A stretch of DNA of 64,000 bases from Eledone cirrhosa (Eukaryota), in assembly GCA_964016885.1 (NCBI GenBank), contig OZ024760.1, forward strand, positions 11,904,001 to 11,968,000, in the 5' to 3' direction. Position 1 is the stretch's first letter. Every line of letters begins with the position of its first letter. Under the pieces are notes generated by a model that was not told the DNA's origin, did no database searches, and was given only the letters and a program-made list of their open reading frames with translations. A program made the translations under genes and the position numbers. Positions 1 through 18,205 of this stretch are shown here, piece by piece.

Positions 1-1032
1 GGGGTGGTAACGTTGACTGAGGAAGGAAGGGGTGGTAACGTTGACTGAGGAAGGAAGGGGTGGTAACGTTGACTGAGGAAGGAAGGGGTGGTAACGTTGA
101 CTGAGAAAGGAAGGGGCGGTAACGTTGACTGAGGAAGGAAGGGGCGGTAACGTTGACTGAGAAAGGAAGGGGTGGTAACGTTGACTGAGGAAGGAAGGGG
201 TGGTAACGTTGACTGAGGAAGGAAGGGGTGGTAACGTTGACTGAGGAAGGAAGGGGTGGTAACGTTGACTGAGGAAGGAAGGGGTGGTCACGTTGACTGA
301 GGAAGGAAGAGGTGGTAACGTTGACTGAGGAAGGAAGGGGTGGTAACGTTGTCTGAGGAAGGAAGGGGTGGTAACGTTGACTGAGGAAGGAAGGGGTGGT
401 AACGTTGACTGAGGAAGGAAGGGGTGGTAACGTTGACTGAGGAAGGAAGGGGTGGTAACGTTGACTGAGGAAGGAAGGAAGAGGTGGTAACGTTGACTGA
501 GGAAGGAAGAGGTGGTAACGTTGACTGAGGAAGGAAGGGGTGGTAACGTTGACTGAGGAAGGAAGGGGTGGTAATGTTGACTGAGGAAGGAAGGGGTGGT
601 AACGTTGACTGAGAAAGGAAGGGGTGGTAATGTTGACTGAGGAAGGAAGGGGTGGTAACGTTGACTGAGGAAGGAAGGAGTGGTAACGTTGACTGAGGAA
701 GGAAGGGGTGGTAACGTTGACTGAGGAAGGAAGGAAGAGGTGGTAACGTTGACTGAGGAAGGAAGAGGTGGTAACGTTGACTGAGGAAGGAAGGGGTGGT
801 AACGTTGACTGAGGAAGGAAGGGGTGGTAACGTTGACTGAGGAAGGAAGGGGCGGTAACGTTGACTGAGAAAGGAAGGGGTGGTAACGTTGACTGAGGAA
901 GGAAGGGGCGGTAACGTTGACTGAGAAAGGAAGGGGCGGTAACGTTGACTGAGAAAGGAAGGGGTGGTAACGTTGACTGAGGAAGGAAGGGGTGGTAACG
1001 TTGACTGAGGAAGGAAGGGGTGGTAATGTTGA
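1..1032. repeat. 28-bp G-rich minisatellite (ggggtggtaacgttgactgaggaaggaa)n, about 37 copies, running off the left edge
   Basis: Near-perfect 28-bp period visible directly. ORF 288-1055 is only its translation. Confidence 0.97.
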
Positions 1033-1184
1033 CTATATGTCTTCCCGAGATCCATGGACGAGTTCTCTCCAGCGGTCTCTGTCCCTCATTATCGCTGCCA
1101 TGTCCTGCATCTCCAACAGACCAGTGTCTGTCCTTAGGGCATCAACATACGTTATCTTCCTATTCCAGTGTGTCCATGTAGGGG

Positions 1185-1188
<4 letters not shown>
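1033..1188 (-). mobile_element. 3' end of an RTE-like LINE ORF (decayed)
   Basis: Minus strand reads EPLHGHTGIGR, frameshift, then ITYVDALRTDTGLLEMQDMAAIMRDRDRWRELVHGSREDI*. This resembles the RTE-group C-terminus (xGRP..TY.D....D.G....DR..WR). Stop at 1035-1033. Confidence 0.7.
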
Positions 1189-1222
<34 letters not shown>

Positions 1223-1325
1223 AAAATGTGTGAGGTCCTTGGTACAGTTAGGTATATTTGAAAAAAAAGGAAAGAATGACTTCACTTGTGTTTCTAAATG
1301 ATTTGATTTAATTTTATATTATAAT

Positions 1326-1438
1326 TGTTTCTACTTTTGGCACAAGGCCAGTAATTACCCAATACATTACTGGTACTTTATTTTATCGACCCCGTAAGGA
1401 TGAAAGTCAAAGTTAACCTTGGCGGGATTTGAACTCAG
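1326..1438 (-). mobile_element. tRNA-derived SINE family A. Other copies near 16612-16724+, 29330-29545-, 29570-29660-, 30160-30350-, 34060-34225+, 34760-34910+, 39085-39172+, 45800-45960, 53805-53920-, 56768-56950-, 57955-58057-, 58515-58640-
   Basis: Recurrent core ggcacaaggccagcaatt...actggtactttattttatcgaccccgtaaggatgaaaggcaaagttaacctcggcgggatttgaactcag, with B-box-like GTTCAAATCC on the sense strand. Confidence 0.8.
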
Positions 1439-1537
1439 AATGGCAGTATATATATATATATATATATATACATATATATATACACATATATACATATATA
1501 TATACATATATACATATATATATACATATATATATAC

Positions 1538-1580
<43 letters not shown>

Positions 1581-1872
1581 CTGTAAACACTGGCTTATCT
1601 TTGTAATTTAAAATTGATACACACTTCGATACTCTGTACATGCCAAACTCTTACTTTTGCCTCATGACAGCTAGTTTTACACGCCGTAATCTTAGATACA
1701 CTATTCCCCCCACCTAAGTAATGTCAGGGTCTCCTCAAATAATTTATTAATAGCATTGTTGTAATTGTTGTTATTGTTCTAACTGAATGCCATTACTACT
1801 TCATATAGTAGCCTGTATATTCTTTTCTTGCCTGTGTATTCTCTTCATTCTCGCATGCTCCGAAGATCTGAC

Positions 1873-2020
1873 TGGTTATAATTTTGTATTGGCGATCGAG
1901 TAACGTGAAAATAAGCGAATAGCGACCTCTAGACATACCAGTTCAGAGAAACAATTGTCAGCTATGAGATTAAAAACCTTTTTTGTATAGCAAACCATGT
2001 CAACCTTCTTTCCTGATTTA
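1873..2020 (+). mobile_element. Single-arm copy of the family that forms the 50191-50471 palindrome (Penelope-like pLTR fragment)
   Basis: Shares ctctagac.taccagttcagagaaacaattgtcagc...ttgtatagcaaaccatgtca with 50332-50471. Confidence 0.7.
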
Positions 2021-2189
2021 TTATTACTCCAAGTGTTTACAACATAGGAATTATGGCATACCCGCAGCATCACTATGAAAACGCCTTGTTGAGTCAAACC
2101 AAGCCAAGCGTTAATATCATCCACTACCTGGAATACCATAACTGGACTTTACCTAAGTGGACTGCATATAACTATTATTTGTTACCCCG

Positions 2190-9082
<6,893 letters not shown>

Positions 9083-9088
<6 letters not shown>

Positions 9089-9337
9089 AATGTGGTTGGT
9101 GTTAGGAAGGGCATCCAGCTGTAAAAAAACCCGCCAGACAGTCCACGCTGTAATGTGGCCGTGTAGGCAACACGGTAAAAACCTCCCAGCCCCACACTGT
9201 AAATGTGGTTGGTGTTAAGAAGGGCATCCAACTGTAGAAAACCCGCCAGACAACCACTCTTGCCTCAAGTGGGAAAACTCCCGTCCAAACCCATGCAAGC
9301 GTGGAACATGGACGTTAAACGATGATGATGATGATGA
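9083..9337 (+). mobile_element. SINE family B ending in a (GAT)n tail. Other copies near 10340-10490-, 12615-12880-, 13120-13350+, 25050-25350+, 26400-26660-, 32070-32310-, 41380-41680-
   Basis: Recurrent cccagtccacactgtaaa..tggttggtgttaggaagggcatccagctgtagaaa...ccatgctagcgtggaa..ggacgttaaacgatgatgat. Confidence 0.75.
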
Positions 9338-9344
9338 TATATAC

Positions 9345-9378
<34 letters not shown>

Positions 9379-9390
9379 ATATACATATAC

Positions 9391-9438
<48 letters not shown>

Positions 9439-9457
9439 TTTTATGTATTTTCCACAG

Positions 9458-9517
9458 ATGGAATTGGCAAAGACTCTCATTACAAATTTTCAGCAATGAA
9501 ACCTTATCAATATGAAA
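9458..9517 (+). CDS. TSP1-EGF-TM protein, exon A (20-aa repeat 1: [20 protein letters not shown])
   Basis: ttttccacag|AT...GAA A|gtaagt; 60 bp, phase 1-1; paralogous to exon B. Confidence 0.75.
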
Positions 9518-9599
9518 GTAAGTTTCTGTTTCAGACTTTTATATATTTACTTCTGATACTGGAGTGTGATGTATATATATATATATATATATATGTGTG

Positions 9600-9639
<40 letters not shown>

Positions 9640-10121
9640 TACACACACACACACACACAATCACACTCCAGCATCAGAAGTAATAAACTACTTGTATTTT
9701 CATTGTTGTAGAGGCTAGCTGTTGAAATGGCTGGAGCTCAGCTGTCGGGGTCCTGACTCTTTTCCTATATAAATATATATATATATGTGTGTGTGTGTGT
9801 GTTAGTTTGGTGTGTAACTAGAGAGGTGGTGCGCCATTCAAAGTAGTCAATGTTGTTATGAGGTCCGTCTTGTGTTGGGTTGTATTCCAGAGTTAAGGCA
9901 CTGTTTCATTTGAAGGAAATCATCAGGAAAGTAATTGTGATATGCTGGTATTTATGTTTTCTAGTGGAGCTCATTGGCCAAGGGATTTTAAAGAAGAGGG
10001 ATTTAAAAAAACAAACTATCTTTAGAAATATACACATTAATACAATGAAACAGTTCTAGTCCTGTAGAAGCTTTTTCTATATTAAATCTTATATTTATAT
10101 ATATTTATTTATTTTCCATAG

Positions 10122-10181
10122 GAATGGCTGGTGCCGACTCTCACTTTAAATTTTCAGCATTAAAACCTTATAAATCTAACG
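10122..10181 (+). CDS. TSP1-EGF-TM protein, exon B (20-aa repeat 2: RMAGADSHFKFSALKPYKSN)
   Basis: ttttccatag|GA...AAC G|gtaagt; 60 bp, phase 1-1; joins in frame to exon A and to the TSP1 exon at 17049. Confidence 0.75.
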
Positions 10182-10544
10182 GTAAGTTTATTTTTTAGAT
10201 TTTTAAATACATGTTTACATCTGAGGCTCGAGTGTGATATTGTCTCGGGTTAGGGGACAGTGGATGTCTTTGTATACGAGTGAGAAAGTATTGGTTACTG
10301 CACTCTAGATGTGCAAACATGTGTCGGTGTGTGTGTATCACCATCATCGATTAACGTCCATCTTCCACGCTAGCATGGGTTAGACGGTTCCTATTTTGAG
10401 GCAAGTTGTGTCAGGTGACCATGTCTCACTCATATAGAGGTGTTTCTGGCTGGTTTTCTCCAGCTGTATGCACTTCCTAATGCCAACCACGCACATATAT
10501 ATATATATACATATATACATATATGTATCTACATATGTCTATCA

Positions 10545-10760
10545 TCATCATCATCATCATCATCGTCATTTTACGTCTGCTTTTTCCCTGCTCTCAAGGG
10601 TAGGATGTGTCCTATTCAGCTCAGCATCTCTCCATTCGTCACGGTCCTTTGTCATCTCCTCCGTGAGCTTCAGCGATCTGAGGTCAGCTCTCACCATCTC
10701 CGCCCATGTTTTTCGTGGTCTTCCTCTACTGCGCCTTCCTTCTACTGGGATTTCTTAACA
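10545..10760 (-). mobile_element. RTE-clade LINE 3' fragment. Related fragments at 12915-13045-, 25815-26215-, 28510-28705+
   Basis: Family translates as RGRPRKTWAEVVRADLRLLKL...WRDAV (28406 ORF) and RERRLHWYGHVMRMEDDRWV (25984 ORF); (GAT)n tails. Confidence 0.85.
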
Positions 10761-10764
10761 CTTC

Positions 10765-10839
<75 letters not shown>

Positions 10840-11125
10840 GTTTCATACAGTTGACATGTATGTACAACCATTGATTTCAGGGACCAGTCCTGGTCACCCC
10901 TTTACAGTGTCACGCGCGTTCCGCTATTGATCAGCTCATGGTTTGATCTGCTTAGTACTACATCTCTATACTTACTGGAAATTACAAGCAGGAAAAGCGG
11001 ACGTAAAATGACGATGATGATGATGATGATGATATATGTGTGTGTGTGTGTGTGTGTATATTACCTTGAAATTGAATTTCATTTCTTTTAATGAACAGAT
11101 ACATATTTATCACCTATAATATTCC

Positions 11126-11167
<42 letters not shown>

Positions 11168-11252
11168 AAGAAAAAGAGATGAAATCGAAAATGCAACTGG
11201 AGTCTAACCCATGCTAGCGTGGAAGATAGACGTTAAACGATGATGATGATGA

Positions 11253-11295
<43 letters not shown>

Positions 11296-11589
11296 TATAT
11301 GGCTATGAATTTGTTTGTATATACATATATATATCATCATCATCATCATTTTACATCCGCTTTTCCCTGCTTGCATGTATATATACATATATACATCTAT
11401 ATATATATATATATAGAAGCCAGAATCAGTTCCTGTCCCACCCTTGCAAGCAGGGAAAAGCGGATGTAAAATGATGATGATGATGAAATATATATGTTTG
11501 TTATTTCTCGGTAGTAAGTATTAGTTACTACTCCATCACAAACCTTATATAGACCATTCCACCAATATACACACTGATATATATATATA

Positions 11590-12220
11590 TATCAAGTAAA
11601 ATAACGGAGTAAAGGACTCGCCTATAATCCTGTAATTCAATGAGCTCAAAGGAAAGAGTTTTCCTGGGCACTTTAAAATACAATATAGAGAGGGGAAAAA
11701 CACAGGAGAGTGTGTTTTCATTACAGGATTTATAACCACCAGCTAATAGAGAAGTAGGAGAAACATAATAATTAAAAGGATAAATTAAAATGAAAACCCT
11801 ACCTCATAACTAAATCGCACTTGTACAAACTCACTAAAAGATTGTTTCACCGTATTAGTGGTTTCAAACTTAGCTCTTGGATCATCAGCAACTGCTCGAG
11901 CTGATATTGTCCCCACTACTAAAGAGAACTATAGTAACTGACTGACCTGTAGCACGTGTGAATAGAGGGAAATACGTGCATGAGGCAGTGACTGGTGGTA
12001 TGTACAGAACAAGCTGCTAGAGATGGAAGCCTATACTATTCAATTTATAGCGCTCTACTGCAGAGAGAAGACGCAAGGAGCAATATCAAGTAACATAACG
12101 GAGTAAAGGACTCACCTGTAATACAATGAGCTCAAAGGAAAGGTTTTTCCTGGGCACTTTAGAAAATCCTGTAAATGAAAACACACTCTCCTGTGTTTTT
12201 CTTCTCTATATTGTATTTAT
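11590..12220 (-). mobile_element. Penelope-like pLTR element with a direct repeat, an inverted segment and a degenerate hammerhead (~11818-11892), set in (TA)n
   Basis: 11590-11675 is repeated directly at 12083-12160; 11675-11732 is inverted at 12165-12218. Minus strand has gttg-CTGATGA...GAAAcaa...tttgTA-caa. Distant relative at 62935-63050. Confidence 0.6.
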
Positions 12221-12260
12221 ATATATTTATATATATATATAGATATATATATATATATAT

Positions 12261-12320
12261 TTTGTCTGATGAAGGCATAGCATATTGTTAATATGATATC
12301 CCCGAAATATATATAATGAA
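12261..12320 (+). ncRNA. Minimal type I hammerhead ribozyme motif (Penelope-like)
   Basis: tttgt CTGATGA aggcatagcatatt-gtt-aatatgatatcccc GAAA tatata TA atgaa. Core intact; 14-bp stem II with 3 mismatches; palindromic stem III; stem I with G-U pairs. Confidence 0.7.
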
Positions 12321-13043
12321 ATAAATATGGTTTTATAAATATAGTTTTCCATTTATTTAATATTGTATATATATATATATATATATACACGCAAATATAA
12401 CTACACATCCATGCAAATACACACACATATATATATATTTCTCTAAAAACATGTTTTCCAATTCCAACCCACCCGTCCCTTCAATCTATCTTATTTCTCA
12501 TTCTTTCTTCCTACTATTTCAAGCGTTAACCTAATATATTCCTTCCATATACTGTACCGATTGTGTTGTTATTTCTGTATACCTTTTACACACATATATA
12601 TATATATATATATATCATCATCATCATCATCATCACCGTTTTACGTCCGTTCTTCCACGCTAGCATGGGTTAGACGGGTTGTCCTGTTGTGGGCAGTGTC
12701 TGGTCGGCTGACCATGCCTTGCTCATACAGGAACTGATCTGGCTTGATTTCTACAGCTGGATGCCCTTCCTAACACAAACCTCATTTACAGTGAGTGCTG
12801 GGTGCTTTTTCGTGGCGCCTACACGTCCACTTTACAGTGTGGGCTGGGTGCTTTTTTGCCGTGGCACCTCCACGACCACCTTGCGGTGGGGGGAGTGGGG
12901 GCATATTGTTTATATGCTTCAGCATGTACCCATGGGAGGTCGGGTACCCTGTATTACTGCGTGACGCCAGAAGTCACGGTCGTGTGTCATTGACTTTGAG
13001 AGGTGTAGTTGGGTAAGGTCGGCTTTTATCACCTCATCCCAAG

Positions 13044-13080
<37 letters not shown>

Positions 13081-13694
13081 CACCCTCCCTCTCCTGTTCC
13101 GTCCACTGTCGGGGACACAACAGTCCACACTGTAAGGTGGTTGTGAAGGAGACATGGTGAAAAGGCTCCCAGTCCACACTGTAAATGTGGTTGGTCTTAG
13201 GAAGGGCATCCAGCTGTAAAAAAAACCCTGCCAGAGACGCTTCTGTGCGAGCGAGACACGGTCTCCCAACCATTCTTGCATCAAATGGAATAAAACCGTG
13301 TAACCCATGCTTATGTGGAAGATGGACGTTAAACGATGATGATGATGATATATATATATATTCACAGAAAATGGAAATGTTGTCAGTAAACCTCAATTCT
13401 TCAAATACTCGGAGACGAGGCCTTATAAGTATAGTGGTGAGTTTCAGTTAATTCTTATTGCTGGGGTGTGGTATATTGTTTGTTATTACTGAACAGGGTG
13501 GGTCTTTACTCGGTAGTAAGTATTGGTTACTACTCCATCACAAACCTTATATAGACCATTCCACCAATATATACACTGATATAGACAAAAAAATTAAAAA
13601 CAACACACACACACTCGCATATATATATATACATATACATATCTATATATACATACACATAGATATACATATATATATACATATCTATACATAT

Positions 13695-14690
13695 GATGGC
13701 TGCAAACTCTGCCAAGAGTATTGCAATCGCTTGTCAGATTCAGATGTGTGACAACCGGATATGGCTTTTCAAGCTTGCTAGAGACTTGCACTCCTTCACA
13801 CACTGACGACAAATATGGATCTCCCCTGGCTTAAGGTCCTGCATCAGGTTGCCCGTGAACCCTCACAACACCGTGGAGATCATAGTTCACTGGTTCTCTT
13901 TGAACATGGCTGCGACTGTGGCTCCTGAGACCAGATTTGCTCAAGTAAACTTTTCCACACTCAGGGCATTTCAATTCAATGGAGACACCGATCGTTTAGA
14001 GAGATACACCAGGGCATTGCCTACGCCCATCCGGTTGGATCTTCTCGTGCTCTATGCGTCTGTCCTCAAAATTATGGACCCATCATTCACCATTTCACGC
14101 TAAGTTTCTCTTTCAAGAGCTTCTATCTCCCAGTCAGCCATCATCAAACCAGTTTTTTTCAATGAGTCCTTTACACAATCCTTGAATCAGAGCTTTGGTT
14201 TGTGAGGTGGTCTCTTACCCTCACAAAGCTCGCCATACAAGAGGTGTTTTGGGATTCGATCATCCTCCATTCTGCAGAGGTATCCGGTCCATCGCAAAAG
14301 CCGTTGGTGGATGATACTCTCAATGCTCCGACACTCACTTCTCTCAAGGACCTCAACAGCACTCACATGCATCTGCCACTTGATACCGAGCATCTTTCTG
14401 AGACACTGCTGGTGAAACCATTCCAGTCTGTGGATATGCCGTTTGTAGGCAACCCATGTCTCACATGCTTACAGCAAAGCTGACAGTACACTCTCACTTT
14501 GGTCCTCATTGTGATTCCTCGCCTGCACCAAAGACGGTCGTTGTGCCTTCCAAATGACTCACTTGCCTTACTAACACATAGACCAACTTCTGCATCCAGA
14601 GAGCAGGCCACACTCAGAGTACTCCCCAAACACACAAATGTGTCAGCAGCCTCTTCAGCTTTTGACCCACTTGAGGCAAGATTGGTCAGG
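13695..14690 (-). mobile_element. Decayed RTE/BovB-like LINE fragment
   Basis: Frameshifted ORFs: FVCLGSTLS...KASESFGR...LW...TKVRVY and SIESIIHQRLLRWTGYLCRMEDDRIPKHLLYGEL.EGKR. Confidence 0.85.
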
Positions 14691-14837
14691 TGATTGTGTT
14701 TCGCTCGTATAGGACTGTCTGGCAGGTTTTCTATGCCCTTCCTAACACCAACCACATTTACAATGTGGACTGGGAGCTTTTTACCGTGTTACCTACACAA
14801 CCACATTACAGTGTGGACTCTGTGTTTTTTTGTCATG

Positions 14838-16560
14838 TTACATTACTCTATATATACTATTGTATTTTCACAGTAATGGCTTTACCTCACATAATATCTC
14901 ACATAACATTTACATTACTCTATATATACTATTGTATTTTCACAGTAAAGGCTTTACCTCACATAATATCTCACATAACATTTACATTACTCTATATATA
15001 CTATTGTATTTTCACAGTAATGGCTTTACCTCACATAATATCTCACATAACATTTACATTACTCTATATATACTATTGTATTTTCACAGTAAAGGCTTTA
15101 CCTCAGTTAATATCTCACATAACATTTATATTACTCTATATATACTATTGTATTTTCACAGTAATGGCTTTACCTCACATAATATCTCACATAACATTTA
15201 CATTACTCTATATATACTATTGTATTTTCACAGTAAAGGCTTTACCTCACATAATATCTCACATAACATTTACATTACTCTATATATACTATTGTATTTT
15301 CACAGTAATGGCTTTACCTCACATAATATCTCGCATAACATTTACATTACTCTATATATACTATTGTATTTTCACAGTAATGGCTTTTCCTCACATAATA
15401 TCTCACATAACATTTACATTACTCTATATATACTATTGTATTTTCACAGTAAAGGCTTTACCTCACATAATATCTCACATAACATTTACATTACTCTATA
15501 TTTACTATTGTATTTTCACAGTAAAGGCTTTACCTCACATAATATCTCACATAACATTTACATTACTCTATATATACTATTGTATTTTCACAGTAATGGC
15601 TTTACCTCACATAATATCTCACATAACATTTACATTACTCTATATTTACTATTGTATTTTCACAGTAAAGTCTTTACCTCACATAATATCTCACATAACA
15701 TTTACATTACTCTATATATACTATTGTATTTTCACAGTAAAGGCTTTACCTCACATAATATCTCACATAACATTTACATTACTCTATATATACTATTGTA
15801 TTTTCACAGTAATGGCTTTACCTCACATAATATCTCACATAACATTTACATTACTCTATATATACTATTGTATTTTCACAGTAATGGCTTTACCTCACAT
15901 AATATCTCACATAACATTTACATTACTCTATATATACTATTGTATTTTCACAGTAATGGCTTTACCTCACATAATATTTACATTACTCTATATATACTAT
16001 TGTATTTTCACAGTAAAGGCTTTACCTCACATAATATCTCACATAACATTTACATTACTCTATATATACTATTGTATTTTCACAGTAATGGCTTTACCTC
16101 ACATAATATCTCACATAACATTTACATTACTCTATATATACTATTGTATTTTCACAGTAAAGGCTTTACCTCAGTTAATATCTCACATAACATTTACATT
16201 ACTCTATATATACTATTGTATTTTCACAGTAAAGGCTTTACCTCACATAATATCTCACATAACATTTACATTACTCTATATATACTATTGTATTTTCACA
16301 GTAAAGTCTTTACCTCACATAATATCTCACATAACATTTACATTACTCTATATATACTATTGTATTTTCACAGTAAAGTCTTTACCTCACATAATATCTC
16401 ACATAACATTTACATTACTCTATATTTACTATTGTATTTTCACAGTAAAGGCTTTACCTCACATATTATCTCACATAACATTTACATTACTCTATATATA
16501 CTATTGTATTTTCACAGTAAAGGCTTTACCTCACATATTATCTCACATAATATCAAATCT
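14838..16560 (+). repeat. 72-bp satellite (~24 copies) amplified from inside the TTAA-flanked MITE
   Basis: Unit acatttacattactctatatatactattgtattttcacagtaa(a/t)ggctttacctcacataatatctcacata; matches the MITE at 19091-19279. Confidence 0.95.
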
Positions 16561-17048
16561 GAAATTTTGATGTTATTTATGCTTTTAAGCATAGTTACGT
16601 CTCTTTACGAGCTGAGTTCAAATCCCGCCGAGGTTGACTTTGCCTTTCATCCTTACGGGGTCGATAAAATAAAGTACCAGTAATGCACTGGGTAATTGCT
16701 GGCCTTGTGCCTAAAGTAGAAACAGTTATTTATTTTGAGAACAATACCTGTGAATACATATATGTGTGTATGTCTGTGTGTGTGTGTGTGTATCTGTGTA
16801 TGTGTCTGTGTGTGTGTGCATATATCTGTGTGTGTGTGCATATATCTGTGTGTGTGTCTGTATCCGTGTGTGTGTGTGCATGTATCTGTGTGTGGTCATG
16901 TATCTGTGTGTGTGTGTGTGTGTGTGTGCTTATTTCTGGAGTGTTCTTAGAGAATCCCTTTGTAGCAGTTCAATTTAATTTCAGGTTGACCATCATATCA
17001 TGAGTAAGCTCTCCTCATTTGGTAATCTGTCATTTTATTTATCGATAG

Positions 17049-17231
17049 CAGTGCAACGAAATAATCAGCCATCAAATGAACGATGGTCATTATGGACTGA
17101 GTGGTCAGGTTGCTCGGTAGAATGTGGAGCCGGTCAGAAAAATAGGCGCCGTGTCTGCCAAATGAATACTTCCCATTGTACTGGTCGAAGTATTGACATT
17201 ACCATATGTATCATGGAAGATTGTTCTCCAG
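17049..17231 (+). CDS. TSP1-EGF-TM protein, TSP1 repeat 1
   Basis: WSLWTEWSGCSVECGAGQKNRRRVC...C...C...C; acceptor tagcag (start 17049 or 17052); donor G|gtaag; phase 1-1. Confidence 0.93.
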
Positions 17232-17254
17232 GTAAGGGTATATTTCACATTTAT

Positions 17255-17822
17255 ATTAAACCTTTAGCATTTACATTACTCTATATATACTATTGTATTT
17301 TCACAGTAAAGGCTTTACCTCACATAACATTTACATTACTCTATATATACTATTGTATTTTCACAGTAAAGGCTTTACCTCACATACCATTTACATTACT
17401 CTATATATACTATTGTATTTTCGCAGTAAAGGCTTTACCTCACATACCATTTACATTACTCTATATATACTATTGTATTTTCACAGTAAAGGCTTTACCT
17501 CACATAACATTTATTTACATTACTCCATATATACTATTGTATTTTCACAGTAAAGGCTTTACCTCACATACCATTTACATTACTCTATATATACTATTGT
17601 ATTTTCACAGTAAAGGCTTTACCTCACATAACATTTATTTACATTACTCCATATATACTATTGTATTTTCACAGTAAAGGCTTTACCTCACATACCATTT
17701 ACATTACTCTATATATACTATTGTATTTTCACAGTAAAGGCTTTACCTCACATAACATTTATTTACATTACTCCATATATACTATTGTATTTTCACAGTA
17801 AAGGCTTTACCTCACATAATAT
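17255..17822 (+). repeat. ~60-64-bp satellite derived from the same MITE, just after the exon donor
   Basis: Begins with the MITE terminus ttaaacctttagcatttac, followed by ~9 tandem units. Confidence 0.9.
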
Positions 17823-17989
17823 TAATTTTTTTATTTATCAGAAATATAAAATTGAATTACACAGATTTGCTTTACACGCCACATTCAAAAACGCATCTTT
17901 GCGTAAAATGTGAATATATTATATTTTAAATCCTTACAACAGACTACAAGTTTTCCAGTTCCCCCTGTAGGATGATTGTACTGGTGACA

Positions 17990-18205
17990 TAACAAAAAGC
18001 TCCCAGTTCACTCTGTAATGTGGTAGTGCTGGTGCCACAACAAAAAGCTTGCAGTCCACTCTGTAAGGTGGTAGTGCTGGTGCCACAACAAAAAGCTTGC
18101 AGTCTACTCTGTAAGGTGGTAGTGCTGGTGCCACAACAAAAAGCTTGCAGTCCACTCTGTAATGTGGTAGTGCTGCTGCCACAACAAAAAGCTCCCAGTC
18201 CAAAC
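17990..18205. repeat. ~48-bp tandem repeat from the SINE-B internal unit; a second array at 34940-35185
   Basis: cagtccactctgtaa.gtggtagtgctggtgccacaacaaaaagc x4; cccagtccacactgtaaagtggtc.tgtaggtgtcacaacaaaaaa x5. Confidence 0.85.

Noticed and set aside
1-1032. The 28-bp unit contains CTGAGGA and GTAACGTT, reminiscent of a hammerhead
   Set aside because: No GAAA, and the intervening purine run cannot form stem II.
14690-16683. 626-aa and 617-aa repetitive ORFs; possible CRISPR-like array
   Set aside because: A tandem 72-bp satellite with no unique spacers, no cas genes and a eukaryotic context; the unit derives from a MITE.
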